Shown: positions 47,420 through 58,717, counted from the stretch's first letter. The stretch: DNA of 64,000 nucleotides from Verrucomicrobiales bacterium (GCA_031411295.1 JANOAV010000187.1:32001-96000); one strand, 5' to 3'. Notes: generated by a model from the sequence alone, not told the origin. Program-made: numbers and translations.

Positions 47420-49708
47420 ATGACATCGCACCATCTCTTACTTCCCCTGCTGGCCTGGATGGCGTTTTCGGCACTGGCCGCTGATCGGCTTCCGCAAACT
47501 TCGACGTTGGACTGGCCGGAGGAAGATCTGTCGGGGCGCATGATGGACGGGGCGCATCGGTTTGTGGAACGAAAAATTGCTGAGGCCGGAGCAAAGCGGG
47601 CGCAGTTCTGGAAATATGATGCCAGCTCGGAGGCGGCTTGGAATGCCGCAGTGGCGGGGAATCGAGCGCGATTCCAGGAAATCATTGGGGCCGCCGGAGT
47701 GCGCCCCACTCCGCAACTGGAGCGCTTTGGGGACGACACGGCTCCGGCCGTGGTGGCGGAAACCAGCGTTTACCAAGTCCTGCAAGTGCGCTGGCCAGCG
47801 GGAGAATCTGTGTTTAGTGAAGGCCTGCTGGTGCAGCCTAAGCAAGCCGTCACAGGCTGCATCGTGGTGGTGCCGGATGCAGATCAAACGCCGGAGCAAT
47901 TGCTGGGGCTGGCCCCCGGTCTTCCGGCAGACCATCAGTGGGCGCGACGTTTGGCAGAGAATGGCATGACGTTAGTGATCCCAACGTTGGTGACGCGGCG
48001 GCTGATGGAATTGGACGATCCTACGCTGAAGCCCAGCGCGCAGACGGAGCGGGAGTGGATTTACCGCCAAGCCTATCACATGGGGCGACACGTGATCGGC
48101 TATGAAGTGCAGAAAGTGCGGGCTGCCGTGGATTGGATGAAGCAACGACATCCCGCAGCCAAGGTGGGCGTGGCGGGATATGGCGAGGGCGGATTGATTG
48201 CCTTCTATGCGGCGGCAGTGGATTTGCGGATTGATGCCGCGTTGGTTAGTGGTTATTTTGATTCCCGCGAGCAAGTCTGGTCCGAGCCCATCTTCCGCAA
48301 TGTGTGGAGCCTGCTGAAGACGTTTGGCGATGCGGAAATTGCCTCGTTGATTCTGCCCCGGTCGTTAGTGATCGAGCATTCCGAAGGACCAAATTTCAAG
48401 GATAGCAAAGGGGAATCGAAGCCACCGCAGGGCGTGTCGGTGCGGCAGGAGTTCCAACGCATCCCCACCCCTGCTGGATTCCCCAAGCCCAGCTTGATCG
48501 CTGGCCCGGATGATGCTTCCATCGGCCCGGGAAGCGAACAGGCGTTGCAGGAGTTTGCGGATCGCCTGGGTCTGGGTAAACTGGCGCCTCTCACGGCAGA
48601 CATCCCCACAGATCAGCGGCAAAATTTCACACCGGAAGCACGTCGTCGTCGTGTGCTGAACAACCTGGAGCAAGCGGCCCAGCAGTTGGTGCAGAAGTCG
48701 GAGGTGGTGCGGGACCAAGCATTTCTCTATCAAGTGATGCCAGAACTGGCGGTGCGTAAATGGACCACGGAACCCACGCTGCCCACGCAGGATGCCGCGA
48801 AATTCATCGCTGGCGCGGCGGCGTATCGCGAACGTTTCTTGACGGATGGCATGGGGAAATTCGACGAAGCCCCCGTGGCGCTGAATCCCCGGTCCCGCTT
48901 CTTTCGTGAGGGGGAGAAGTGGCTGGCTTACGATGTCGTCCTGGAAGTCTGGCCGGAAGTGTTTGCCTGGGGCGTGCTGGTATTGCCGAAGGATATCAAG
49001 GAAGGGGAGCAACGGCCGGTGGTCGTTTGCCAGCATGGTCGCGATGGACTACCGAGCAAGACGCTGGACGCTGGGGTTACGGGTTATGGACAAGTGGCGG
49101 TAAAATTAGCCGAGGAGGGATTCATCACGTTCGCCCCGCATAACTTGTATCGGGGCGAGGACAAATACCGCTGGCTCTGCCGGAAATCCAACAACGTGCA
49201 AGCCACCTTGTTCTCGTTCATCCTTGCCCAACACGATGCCATCCTTCGTTGGTTGGGAAGCGTGCCGCAGGTGGATGCCAAGCGCATCGGATTCTACGGG
49301 TTAAGTTACGGTGGGGAAACGGCCGTCCGGGTGCCGACGATTCTGCCTGGCTATGCGCTGTCCATTTGTGCAGGCGACTTCAATCAATGGACGCGCAAGG
49401 TGGCCGCTACAGACTATCCCAACGGCTTCATGCGCAGTATCGAGTGGGAGATGCCCTATTGGAATCTGGGCCATACCTTCGATTACGCGGAGATGGCCTA
49501 CCTCATGATCCCCCGACCGTTCATGGTCGAACGCGGTCACCTCGATCTGGTGGGCACCGACTCCTGGGTGGCGCACGAATACGCCAAAGTCCGCTGGCTC
49601 TATGCGCAGTTAGGTTTGGCGGACCGCACCACGATTCAGTTCTACCAAGGCGGGCATGCGATGAAACAGGAGGAAAGCTTCCGTTTCCTGCGGGAGCATT
49701 TGCGATGA
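47420..49708 (+). CDS. Secreted tandem alpha/beta hydrolase (dienelactone hydrolase-like)
   Basis: Signal peptide and two hydrolase-like halves (GYGEGG; GLSYGG). Confidence 0.75.
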   Translation: MTSHHLLLPLLAWMAFSALAADRLPQTSTLDWPEEDLSGRMMDGAHRFVERKIAEAGAKRAQFWKYDASSEAAWNAAVAGNRARFQEIIGAAGVRPTPQLERFGDDTAPAVVAETSVYQVLQVRWPAGESVFSEGLLVQPKQAVTGCIVVVPDADQTPEQLLGLAPGLPADHQWARRLAENGMTLVIPTLVTRRLMELDDPTLKPSAQTEREWIYRQAYHMGRHVIGYEVQKVRAAVDWMKQRHPAAKVGVAGYGEGGLIAFYAAAVDLRIDAALVSGYFDSREQVWSEPIFRNVWSLLKTFGDAEIASLILPRSLVIEHSEGPNFKDSKGESKPPQGVSVRQEFQRIPTPAGFPKPSLIAGPDDASIGPGSEQALQEFADRLGLGKLAPLTADIPTDQRQNFTPEARRRRVLNNLEQAAQQLVQKSEVVRDQAFLYQVMPELAVRKWTTEPTLPTQDAAKFIAGAAAYRERFLTDGMGKFDEAPVALNPRSRFFREGEKWLAYDVVLEVWPEVFAWGVLVLPKDIKEGEQRPVVVCQHGRDGLPSKTLDAGVTGYGQVAVKLAEEGFITFAPHNLYRGEDKYRWLCRKSNNVQATLFSFILAQHDAILRWLGSVPQVDAKRIGFYGLSYGGETAVRVPTILPGYALSICAGDFNQWTRKVAATDYPNGFMRSIEWEMPYWNLGHTFDYAEMAYLMIPRPFMVERGHLDLVGTDSWVAHEYAKVRWLYAQLGLADRTTIQFYQGGHAMKQEESFRFLREHLR

Positions 49709-49769
49709 CAAGAACCGATGTTCACGAAGCTGTTTCGACGAAATTACCGGGTCGTAAGTGTGAACGGTG

Positions 49770-50426
49770 TTACTTCCCTGCCTTTTCTTTCAACTCCACA
49801 CCGAGCTTCTTCAGCTTCTCCACTTTGGGCGCGACCACGTTGCAGAGGTAGCGATAGTTGCCCGTGGCGTTGGGCATGTGGGTGTTGAAATAGTCCTGAT
49901 GGTAGGCTTCAGCGGGATACCAGATATCCAGTTTGGTGATTTCCGTGACTACCGGATTCTTGTGCACGCCGGAGGTGTTGACGGCGGATTTGACCTTCTC
50001 GGCGGTGGCCTTCTGCACATCATTGTGGTAGAAGATGGCGGAGCGGTATTGCGTGCCCGTGTCCGGCCACTGGGCATTCAGGGTGGTGGGGTCGTGCAGG
50101 TCGAAGAATAATTGCAGGATCTTTTCGTAGGTGATGACAGTGGGGTCGAAGGTGATTTGCACGCCTTCCGCATGACCACTGAGGCCGGTGCAGATTTCTT
50201 CGTAGGTCGGATTTTTGGTTTTGCCGCCGGTGTAACCGGAAACAACTTTTTCCACGCCTTTAATGCGTTCGATGGTGGCTTCGAGGCACCAGAAGCAGCC
50301 TCCGGCTATGGTCGCAATTTCCATTTTTGGTTTAGCGGTTAGTGGTTTGGTGGGCTCATCAGCCGCCGGAGCAACTGTTAGGCCAAGTGAGAACAGGCAG
50401 GGGAGCAGGAGAGCGGAAAATTTCAT
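49770..50426 (-). CDS. msrA: Peptide-methionine (S)-S-oxide reductase, exported
   Basis: GGCFWC, TQYRSAIF, AEAYHQDY. N-terminal signal peptide. Confidence 0.95.
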   Translation of the reverse strand: MKFSALLLPCLFSLGLTVAPAADEPTKPLTAKPKMEIATIAGGCFWCLEATIERIKGVEKVVSGYTGGKTKNPTYEEICTGLSGHAEGVQITFDPTVITYEKILQLFFDLHDPTTLNAQWPDTGTQYRSAIFYHNDVQKATAEKVKSAVNTSGVHKNPVVTEITKLDIWYPAEAYHQDYFNTHMPNATGNYRYLCNVVAPKVEKLKKLGVELKEKAGK

Positions 50427-50487
50427 AGAGAGATGGACAGTGTGGCGTAGATTACGCAATTCAACCCGCGCTGTCAATCCAACGCAG

Positions 50488-51723
50488 CTACTTGCTTGAG
50501 GAATCGACGGCCTTCTGGGCCAGGATGGCGGGATCCTTTTTGCGGTATCCCTGGATGGTTACGCCGGAATCGAACGCATAGACGTCGGAAACTTCCTCCA
50601 AATGCGCCAGCATCCATGGATTCACCGCATTGTCGCCATTCTTGGTGAAGACAATGTCATCGGCAATGTGGACACAAGAGTGAATGGCCCCGCCGTCCTT
50701 CAGGAAAAAAAGCACATCGCCAAAGGCATAGGGGGCGGAGACCGTTTCATAATCAATTAGCACCGCATCGGCGGCCAGACGGGTGTTAAGGTAATAATCC
50801 CGTGGCGCATGGTTGAAGAAGTTGAGCGACGTCCAGTGGCAGTCCGGAAACCGCCCGTTCTTGGCCAGGCTCATATCTGGATAGGTGTAAAGCATCTGGC
50901 GGACGATGGGCGAGAATAAATGGCAGATGTCACAGTGGATGGGACCTTGAGCGGCGGCTTCCCGCAACGATTCCAAGAAAGGGGGGGGCACGCGTTGATT
51001 GGCGCTGGTGGACCAATATTTACTCAGGCTGGCGAGGGAGGCGGGATCATCGATCGTCAGATCCAGAATCAAAGTGCGGGTGCGCGAGCAGGTGCGGAAA
51101 ATTTCCTTCGCCTCATCGTTGGAACTGGCCGCCCCCAGCAGAGTTTCCAAGTCACTCAGGACCCACACCGCTCCACGCTTCCAGGCAAGTTTCTTTACCA
51201 AGCCCTGAATCCGCTGGGACAAGTTTGTGCCCTGCAGCCACGGCTCGACTCCGGCACGCCCGAAAAAAACTGGGTTCTTGATGAATTCATTTTCCACCCG
51301 CTGGCCGAGAAACAGGAAAATGGTGGCGCGGGCCTCGGGCGACAACTGGACGATGAAGTCCGCGGAGGGAAAAATGCTGATGGATTCATTCATGCGAATG
51401 ATCTTGGAGGGATCCAGCAGGGCCGTGCGGGCGGTGGCAGAGACGCCAGCGCGCTCCAAGACAGCGGTGAAATCTTCCATTCCGTTCAAAGCAATGGACC
51501 AACAAGTCGTGGTCGAGGGTAACGGATAATAATCAAGTAGCTCCGAAGGCGCTTCCAAATAAGCCTCGTGATAGGTCAGCTTCCCCCATGGTCCGGGGCG
51601 CGCCTGACCCAACGCAGAAGCTTTTTTCTGCGCTCCCACAGGGGCAGCGCATGCCTCCGGGGCAGGCAGGCAGATTAACAATGCGCAGAGTGCTATGACG
51701 GGAGAGCGTAGAAGGGGAAGCAT
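50488..51723 (-). CDS. Secreted hypothetical protein with C-terminal papain/NlpC-P60-like motifs
   Basis: Signal peptide. PDCHW...GDVLFF...HSCV...FTKNG pattern. Confidence 0.55.
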   Translation of the reverse strand: MLPLLRSPVIALCALLICLPAPEACAAPVGAQKKASALGQARPGPWGKLTYHEAYLEAPSELLDYYPLPSTTTCWSIALNGMEDFTAVLERAGVSATARTALLDPSKIIRMNESISIFPSADFIVQLSPEARATIFLFLGQRVENEFIKNPVFFGRAGVEPWLQGTNLSQRIQGLVKKLAWKRGAVWVLSDLETLLGAASSNDEAKEIFRTCSRTRTLILDLTIDDPASLASLSKYWSTSANQRVPPPFLESLREAAAQGPIHCDICHLFSPIVRQMLYTYPDMSLAKNGRFPDCHWTSLNFFNHAPRDYYLNTRLAADAVLIDYETVSAPYAFGDVLFFLKDGGAIHSCVHIADDIVFTKNGDNAVNPWMLAHLEEVSDVYAFDSGVTIQGYRKKDPAILAQKAVDSSSK

Positions 51724-51945
51724 GGGGATGGGAATCCGTCCAAAAAGCGGAGGGTTGCAAGTTTGACGCAACGAACGGGGGATTGGTTGCAAAAAGATTA
51801 ATTAAATTAGCGTTAATCTCTCATTTTCAACGGGTTACGTAAATCTATGGTCACTCGCAATGCGTGGTTCGGCAAGCTCAATTCGGTGAATTTACCGTCA
51901 TTGCGGGCTGCTCGTTTAATACCAACCACTTACGAACTGCGTTGG

Positions 51946-52332
51946 TTAGACCCACTCTGGCAAACGCATTAAAAACCGGGGAATCCGGGTGAAAAAGTGC
52001 CGTCCGTCGTCCGTTTCCACAAAGAACGCCCCCTCAGCATCACTTGAGCTGGCCACGAAGTGTTTGCTGTTATAGCTAAATTCCTCACCTGGAGCCAACC
52101 GCGGGCGCTGGCCATTGACCCCATCTCCTTCAATCACCATGGTATCGGCATTTTCTTCCCAGACCACCCACTTCCGACCATGAATCGTGACTGGCAGCGG
52201 AGAGTTATTGGCGATGGTAATGAAATAGACAAACGGATGCGGACGCTCTTGCGGAGCGTCTAAGTCAGGCATGTAAAGCACCTCATCCACGGAGACTGCC
52301 AAGCCCGCGAGTTCTTTCAATTTCGGAGTCAC
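51946..52332 (-). CDS. apaG: ApaG/CorD domain protein
   Basis: FVYFITIAN, RKW, GDGVNGQRPRLAPGEEFSYNS. Start uncertain. Confidence 0.85.
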   Translation of the reverse strand: MTPKLKELAGLAVSVDEVLYMPDLDAPQERPHPFVYFITIANNSPLPVTIHGRKWVVWEENADTMVIEGDGVNGQRPRLAPGEEFSYNSKHFVASSSDAEGAFFVETDDGRHFFTRIPRFLMRLPEWV

Positions 52333-52520
52333 TTGAATACTTAAAGCGCGACCCTTCCAAGTTGCACGTGATAAATTGCCCGACTCATGAACCGGTCTGG
52401 CAGGCTCCGATGACTGCTTGTGAAAAATTTCACAAAATCGCCTTGCCCGTCTCCCAGCCGCAACGGATACTGGAAATTCTGACCGCATTCCAGCGGTCCA
52501 CTACCCTCCTTTTTCGCTCC

Positions 52521-53021
52521 ATGGAACTGCCGACCGAACTCACCAGCAAGATTGACGAAATCATCACCCACTATCCCGTGTCCAAGCGGAGTGCGGTGTT
52601 ATCCGTGCTCCACGTCTTGCAGCATCACTTCGGATACATCAGCGAAGAAAGCGTCCTCTGGACTGCCGCCAAGCTGGAACTGCAACCCGTGCAAGTCATG
52701 GAAGTCGTTACCTTCTATCCTGGCTTCCGCCGCAGCGCCCCGGGGAAATTCCACATCCGCGTCTGCCGCACGCTCAGTTGCGCCATGGCCGGTAGTTATG
52801 AACTGATGGAAACTCTGACCAAGGAAGCCAACATTGATCGTTCCCACGTGGACCATCATCACCCCATCGCCAAGAGCGCGGATGGGAAGTTCAGTATTGA
52901 ATTTGCCGAATGTCTGGCCTCCTGCGGCAGTGGCCCAGTCTGCATGTTCAACGATGATTTCTATGAGAAAGTCAGCGCTGAGGAAGCTGCCAAACTCGTG
53001 GCTGATTATCGCACCAAATAA
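52521..53021 (+). CDS. nuoE: NADH-quinone oxidoreductase subunit E (2Fe-2S)
   Basis: VVTFY, CRTLSC...CLASC cysteine pattern. Confidence 0.88.
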   Translation: MELPTELTSKIDEIITHYPVSKRSAVLSVLHVLQHHFGYISEESVLWTAAKLELQPVQVMEVVTFYPGFRRSAPGKFHIRVCRTLSCAMAGSYELMETLTKEANIDRSHVDHHHPIAKSADGKFSIEFAECLASCGSGPVCMFNDDFYEKVSAEEAAKLVADYRTK

Positions 53022-53027
53022 CACCCC

Positions 53028-53507
53028 ATGATTATCGTCGGCATCATCACCATTTCGGATCGTGCCGCAGCGGGAGCCTACGAGGACCTCGGTGGTCCCG
53101 CCCTGCGCCAAGCCTCCACGACCAACGGCTGGACCGTGCAGGCGGAAGCCATCGTGCCAGACGAGAAATCTCGCATCCAGGAAACCATTCGCGCCTTCTC
53201 GGCTCAGGGGTGCGGCCTTATTCTAACTACTGGCGGCACCGGCATCGCTCCCCGGGATATCACCCCCGAAGCCATCCGGGAAATCATGCGCCTGGAGATC
53301 CCTGGCTTTGGCGAATCTATGCGCATGCAGTCGCTAGCGCTGACCCCCAACGCCATCCTCAGCCGCAGCCTGGCTGCTCTGGTGGATAGCTCGCTGGTCA
53401 TCGCGCTCCCCGGCAAACCCCAAGGAGCCGTGGACTGCCTGGGATTCGTAATCGGAGCCATTCCGCATTCCGTAAAGTTAGCCCAAGGGATACCGACCTC
53501 CTGCTAG
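53028..53507 (+). CDS. mogA: MogA/MoaB molybdopterin adenylyltransferase
   Basis: SDR, IVPDE, TTGGTG...RDITPEA, LSR, LPG. Confidence 0.85.
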   Translation: MIIVGIITISDRAAAGAYEDLGGPALRQASTTNGWTVQAEAIVPDEKSRIQETIRAFSAQGCGLILTTGGTGIAPRDITPEAIREIMRLEIPGFGESMRMQSLALTPNAILSRSLAALVDSSLVIALPGKPQGAVDCLGFVIGAIPHSVKLAQGIPTSC

Positions 53508-53641
53508 CCCGCACGATCAAGCCGCAGCAGAATCCAGTGAGAAACGCGGGCTAGATCGGGCGACAGCCCAAGCGCGCAAGAAAGCAAAATCACCGTCATG
53601 GAGGACAAGAGCGTCCCGGCCACCAGGTTCTTGAACTCGCC

Positions 53642-54331
53642 CTAAAGTTTGGCACCGAACAATGCACCCACCCCGGCCGTCAAGCCCATAGCCAAGGCCC
53701 CCCAGAAGGTGACGCGTGCGGCTGCCCGCAATACCGAAGCACCGCCCGCGCGAGCCGCCAGCGAGCCTAACAGTGCCAGGAAAAACAAAGAACTGCCAGT
53801 CACCGTCCAGATCAGCGCGGATGGGGGCACGATGACGACCAGCAGGATCGGCAGGAAGGCACCCACTGCAAAGGTGGCCGCAGAGGCCAAGGCCGCCTGC
53901 ACCGGGCGGGCGCTGAGCATGTCGGAAATGCCGAGTTCATCCCGGGCGTGGGCCCCCAGAGCATCTTTGGCCATCAATTGCGTTGCCACCTGCTCCGCTA
54001 AAGCCGGATCAAGTCCGCGCCCGACGTAGATCGCAGCCAGCTCCGCATGTTCATGCGCGCTGTCCGCGGCCAGCTCCCCGCGCTCCCGATTGATGTCAGC
54101 CGATTCCGTATCCGCCTGGGAACTGACGGAGACATACTCCCCTGCGGCCATCGACATGGCCCCGGCCACCAACCCGGCTATCCCTGCCACCAGAATCCCG
54201 CTGCGATTGGATTCCGCCGCCGCCACGCCCACAATCAAGCTGGCGGTGGAGACGATGCCATCATTGGCCCCCAGCACAGAGGCACGGAGCCAGCCAATCC
54301 GGTGGGTGCGGTGGTATTCGGTATGTTTCAT
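53642..54331 (-). CDS. VIT1/CCC1 Fe/Mn transporter
   Basis: WLRASVLGANDG, SMAAGEYVSV. Confidence 0.92.
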   Translation of the reverse strand: MKHTEYHRTHRIGWLRASVLGANDGIVSTASLIVGVAAAESNRSGILVAGIAGLVAGAMSMAAGEYVSVSSQADTESADINRERGELAADSAHEHAELAAIYVGRGLDPALAEQVATQLMAKDALGAHARDELGISDMLSARPVQAALASAATFAVGAFLPILLVVIVPPSALIWTVTGSSLFFLALLGSLAARAGGASVLRAAARVTFWGALAMGLTAGVGALFGAKL

Positions 54332-54540
54332 CCTATCACTATGGCCGAGGCCGCACTGTCTGGCAAGCACAACGCGGAAAGTGACTAAGTATTCAGACCG
54401 CGTGATGTAGCGCCAACAGGCAGCACATTTGGTGAGGAGATGTGCGAATGAATCCAATGACTGGGGCTGGGTTTCGTTCTTTGTGGGGTGGATTATGCGT
54501 CGCTGGAGCGGGTGCGTTGTTGGGGCAGGGGACAGGGTGG

Positions 54541-54561
54541 CGGACTAAAGTCCGGGACTAC
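54541..54561 (-). repeat. Single GTAG-type REP-like palindrome
   Basis: Reverse strand reads GTAGTCCCGGACTTTAGTCCG. Confidence 0.55.
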
Positions 54562-54638
54562 TTTTCTGAGGCGATGGGGAAATGTTCGACCGTGAGGCCG
54601 CAAGAAGCATGAAGCCGATTGAAATATTACCACAACAA

Positions 54639-54876
54639 ATGATCCCACAGTTCCCACCCGGCTGGGCGGAGGCGTCTGGGGAGGATGATCAGGGGATCTT
54701 TGCGGAGTGCTCGCTGGATGGGGTGAGCTTTGTCTGGCGGTGGATTTTTCGCGATGGTTTATGATGGGGTGTGACCCGGGGGATGAGCATGGTTACAGGA
54801 TGAGCGCGGCTACAGTGATAAAAAGCCGCAGCATAAAGTCACGCTGACCCGTGGCTACTGGCTGGGGGAGGCGCCC
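54639..54876 (+). pseudogene. Frameshifted N-terminal remnant of a SUMF1/FGE-sulfatase domain gene
   Basis: Across frames: FVWRWI / FMMGCDPGDE / KPQHKVTLTRGYWLGEAP. A 17-bp tandem duplication (gatgagcatggttacag / gatgagcgcggctacag) causes one shift. Confidence 0.75.
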
Positions 54877-55119
54877 CCGCCTCCAGTCTGCCAGCAGGGC
54901 CGCTCCGTAGATCATTTCCGATCAGACGCGAGGGCGCGTCTGCCACCATTAGACGACGCGCTGCCGCTACAGCGCCAGTCTGTCCCGGGACGTGCCAGTC
55001 TGGCGCTAAATGGTGCGACACGGTGACTGGACGCTGCTCGTAACTCGTTCTAAATCAACGAATGAAAAGCGCGCTCGGTTTATGCTGACTAAGGTGGCAG
55101 AAAATTCTACTATTTACTT

Positions 55120-57690
55120 ATGTCACCAGAAAAATACACCACCAAGCTCCAAACCGCTCTTTCCGAAGCTCAAACCTTGGCCGTGCAGGCGGGGAACACG
55201 GAGATCAAACCATCTCACCTCTTGCTGGCACTGCTGGATCAGGAGGGCGGCATCACGGCTCCGCTGCTGAAGCAAGTGGCTCCGCTGGCGGACGTGAGAT
55301 CGCTGGTGGCAGCGCATGTGGCGAAGCAGCCGAAGGTCACGGGCAGTGCGGGCGGGCAGTATGTTTCCTCCGACCTGCGGGAACTGCTGGCGACCGCGGA
55401 CAAGGAGCGCGCTGCACTCAATGATGACTATGTTAGCGTAGAGCATATTTTGCTGGCGCTGACGAAGACCCGCACGGACTTGGATGCCGTGCTGAAGCCT
55501 CTGAAGCTGAACCATAAGGATTTGCTCAGCGCGCTGACCACCCTGCGCGGAGCGCAGAAAGTGACGGATCAGGATCCGGAAGGGAAATATCAAACGCTGG
55601 AAAAATACGGCACCGACCTGACCGCTAGGGCCAAGGCCGGGAAGATCGATCCCGTGATCGGTCGCGATGACGAAATCCGTCGCGTCATGCAGGTGCTAAG
55701 CCGCCGCAGTAAGAACAATCCCGTGTTGATTGGCGAACCCGGCGTGGGCAAGACGGCCATTGCCGAAGGCTTGGCGCGTCGGATCGTGGCGGGCGATGTG
55801 CCGGAATCGCTGAAGGGCAAACGTCTCATTTCCATGGACCTCGGCGGCATGCTGGCGGGGGCGAAATATCGGGGCGAATTCGAGGAACGATTGAAGGCGT
55901 TTCTGAAAGAAGTCACGAGCAGCGATGGCCAGATCATTTTGTTTATCGATGAACTGCATACCATCGTGGGAGCCGGTGCCAGCGAGGGCGCAGTGGATGC
56001 ATCGAACCTGCTGAAGCCACAACTGGCGCGGGGCGAACTGCGTTGTATCGGGGCCACGACGCTGAATGAGTATCGGAAATACATCGAAAAGGATGCCGCG
56101 CTGGAACGTCGTTTCCAACCGGTGCAAGTGGATGAACCCAGCGTGGAAGATACCATCGCGATCCTCCGGGGCCTGAAAGAACGCTACGAAGTGCACCACG
56201 GTGTGCGCATCAAGGACAGTGCGTTGATTGCCGCAGCTACGTTGTCGAATCGCTATATCACCGATCGTTTCCTGCCGGACAAGGCGGTGGATTTGATGGA
56301 CGAAGCCGCGAGCCGATTGAAGATCGAAATCGAATCGCTGCCCACGGAGATCGACGTGCTGCAACGCGAACTGATGCAGCAGGAAATGGAGCGACTTGCC
56401 TTGGCCAAGGAAACGGATGCCGCAAGCTTGGAGCGCGTGGCCAAGCTGGAAAAGAGCATTTCCGAACTGAAGGACAAATCCAACAGCCTGCGCGCCCAAT
56501 GGCAGGAGGAAAAAGCTGTGGTGACCGAAAGCCGCAAACTCAAAGTGGAGTTGGAACAACTCCGCAACGAGCTGGAACAAGCCCAGCGCCAGGGGAACTT
56601 CGCCCGCGCAGGGGAAATTCAGTATGGCTTGATGCCGCAGTTGGAAGCCAAAGTGGCGGCCTCCCAAAATATTGATCCTAACGCAACCGCCAAGCACACC
56701 CTGCTGCGCGAGGACGTGACGGAAGATGATGTGGCGAAGATCGTGGCCACGTGGACCGGCATTCCGGTGAGCCGTCTCCAAGAAGGCGAGCGCTCGAAGC
56801 TGGTGAACATGGAGCCACGACTGGCCGAACGCGTCGTGGGGCAATCTGAAGCGATCCATGCCGTGGCCAATGCGGTGCGGCGTGCGCGCGCGGGCATGCA
56901 GGATGAGAATCGGCCGATCGGTAGTTTCCTATTCCTGGGCCCCACCGGGGTTGGCAAAACCGAACTCAGCAAGGCGCTGGCGGAATTCCTCTTCGATGAC
57001 GAGTCCGCCATGACCCGACTCGACATGTCCGAATACATGGAGAAACACAGCGTCAGCCGCCTGCTGGGAGCGCCTCCCGGCTATGTGGGCTATGATGAAG
57101 GCGGTCAACTAACCGAAGCCGTGCGGCGCAAGCCCTACAGCGTGGTGTTGTTTGACGAAGTGGAAAAAGCCCACCCGGATGTCTTCAATACGCTGCTGCA
57201 AGTGCTGGACGATGGCCGCATCACTGACGGTCAGGGTCGCACCGTGGACTTCACGAATACGGTGATCATCATGACCAGCAACATCGGTTCCGCCGCCATT
57301 CAGGATGAATCCAATCCCGAGCAACGTGAAGCCCTGGTGCGCGACTCGCTGAAGCAATTCTTCCGTCCCGAGTTCCTCAATCGGATCGATGAAATTGTCA
57401 TGTTCACTCGCCTGACCCACAAGGAACTCGACGGCATCGTGAAGATCCAGCTCAAGCGCGTGGTGGATCGCATGGCGAAACAGAATCTGCATCTGCACCT
57501 GAGCGATGAAGTCATCCATTACCTGGCGGAGATCGGCTACGATCCCGTCTATGGAGCCCGTCCGCTCAAACGCGCGATTCAGAAATACCTGCTGGATCCG
57601 CTCAGCCTCAAAGTGCTGGAAGGCAGCTTCAAGGAAGGCGCGGAGATTGATGCCGTGTTGCAAGATGGCAAGGTTGAGTTTAATGGGTAA
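55120..57690 (+). CDS. clpB: ATP-dependent chaperone ClpB
   Basis: Two AAA+ modules ([16 protein letters not shown]), a coiled-coil M domain, and GARPLKR. Confidence 0.96.
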   Translation: MSPEKYTTKLQTALSEAQTLAVQAGNTEIKPSHLLLALLDQEGGITAPLLKQVAPLADVRSLVAAHVAKQPKVTGSAGGQYVSSDLRELLATADKERAALNDDYVSVEHILLALTKTRTDLDAVLKPLKLNHKDLLSALTTLRGAQKVTDQDPEGKYQTLEKYGTDLTARAKAGKIDPVIGRDDEIRRVMQVLSRRSKNNPVLIGEPGVGKTAIAEGLARRIVAGDVPESLKGKRLISMDLGGMLAGAKYRGEFEERLKAFLKEVTSSDGQIILFIDELHTIVGAGASEGAVDASNLLKPQLARGELRCIGATTLNEYRKYIEKDAALERRFQPVQVDEPSVEDTIAILRGLKERYEVHHGVRIKDSALIAAATLSNRYITDRFLPDKAVDLMDEAASRLKIEIESLPTEIDVLQRELMQQEMERLALAKETDAASLERVAKLEKSISELKDKSNSLRAQWQEEKAVVTESRKLKVELEQLRNELEQAQRQGNFARAGEIQYGLMPQLEAKVAASQNIDPNATAKHTLLREDVTEDDVAKIVATWTGIPVSRLQEGERSKLVNMEPRLAERVVGQSEAIHAVANAVRRARAGMQDENRPIGSFLFLGPTGVGKTELSKALAEFLFDDESAMTRLDMSEYMEKHSVSRLLGAPPGYVGYDEGGQLTEAVRRKPYSVVLFDEVEKAHPDVFNTLLQVLDDGRITDGQGRTVDFTNTVIIMTSNIGSAAIQDESNPEQREALVRDSLKQFFRPEFLNRIDEIVMFTRLTHKELDGIVKIQLKRVVDRMAKQNLHLHLSDEVIHYLAEIGYDPVYGARPLKRAIQKYLLDPLSLKVLEGSFKEGAEIDAVLQDGKVEFNG

Positions 57691-57692
57691 CC

Positions 57693-58583
57693 ATGAACCT
57701 CCATTTCCTCTGCCTGCCCCTTGCACTGCTGTCCGTTTCCACCACCTCCGCTGCGGATGCCATCCGCGTCCTGATCTGGGATGAGCAACAGCCTGCTCAG
57801 AAGCAGGCGTATGGGGAAAAATTCCTCGGTGAAACGATTGCGGTTCACCTGCGTCACCAACCGGGCATCACGGTCAACACCGTCACCCTGAGTTCCCCAG
57901 AGCAAGGCTTGGATGAGGCCACGCTGGACGCCACAGATGTCCTGATCTGGTGGGGTCATATCAAACATAAGGAAGTGGGGCTGGCAGGTGTTGAGCGCGT
58001 CGTGGCGCGCGTTCGTGCGGGCAAGTTAGGGTTGGTGGCGCTGCATTCCGCCCACTGGGCCCGACCCTTCGTGCGGTTAATGCAGGAACGAGCCAAGGAC
58101 GACGCGCGCGCAGCCATCCCGGAGGCCGAACGAGCCACGGCCAAGCTGGACTTCGTCAATGATCAGAGTATCGGCGTGGGCGTGCCACGGGAGGCCAAGC
58201 TGACTCCGGCGTTGGAAAGGACGGGCGAAGGCAGTTGGAAGCTAACCTTGCCAGCGTGCGTCTTTCCAGCCTGGCGGGCGGATGCCGCGCCCAGTCACGT
58301 CACCACCTTGCTACCCGAGCATCCGTTGGCGCAGGGCTTGCCAGCCAAATGGGAGGTGAAACAAACCGAAATGTATGACGAACCATTTCACGTGCCCACG
58401 CCGGATGCCGTCATCTTCGAAGAACGCTGGGATAAGGGCGAGCACTTCCGTAGTGGCTGTGTCTGGAAGGTGGGGCAGGGGAGGGTTTTCTATTTCCGGC
58501 CGGGCCATGAGACCTATCCAGTCTATCAACAAGCCGAACCGCTCCAAGTCATCGTGAATGCGGTCCGCTGGCTGGGAAAGTAG
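57693..58583 (+). CDS. ThuA-like domain secreted protein
   Basis: DVLIWWGH, LHSAH, EMYDEPF, FRPGHETYP. Confidence 0.88.
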   Translation: MNLHFLCLPLALLSVSTTSAADAIRVLIWDEQQPAQKQAYGEKFLGETIAVHLRHQPGITVNTVTLSSPEQGLDEATLDATDVLIWWGHIKHKEVGLAGVERVVARVRAGKLGLVALHSAHWARPFVRLMQERAKDDARAAIPEAERATAKLDFVNDQSIGVGVPREAKLTPALERTGEGSWKLTLPACVFPAWRADAAPSHVTTLLPEHPLAQGLPAKWEVKQTEMYDEPFHVPTPDAVIFEERWDKGEHFRSGCVWKVGQGRVFYFRPGHETYPVYQQAEPLQVIVNAVRWLGK

Positions 58584-58717
58584 CCTTTCCTCATTCGCGG
58601 AAGGGGATTTCTAAAATAGGCAGACACCCACCTGCGTCGAACACGCAAGCATCAGTGAATCAATCTGACGAACTCAGATGCTGATGCTAACCACACCCCT
58701 AATAAAACCAAACCACC

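Noticed and set aside
54800..54860. GGCTAC-ending REP-like motifs
   Set aside because: Better explained as codons of the FGE pseudogene (RGY).
55590..57726. Long antisense ORFs over clpB (and similar shadows over other genes)
   Set aside because: Typical GC-rich antisense shadows of well-conserved genes.
58648..58688. Nested hairpin upstream of the EF-hand gene as a riboswitch
   Set aside because: The palindrome is real but matches no RNA family I recognise.
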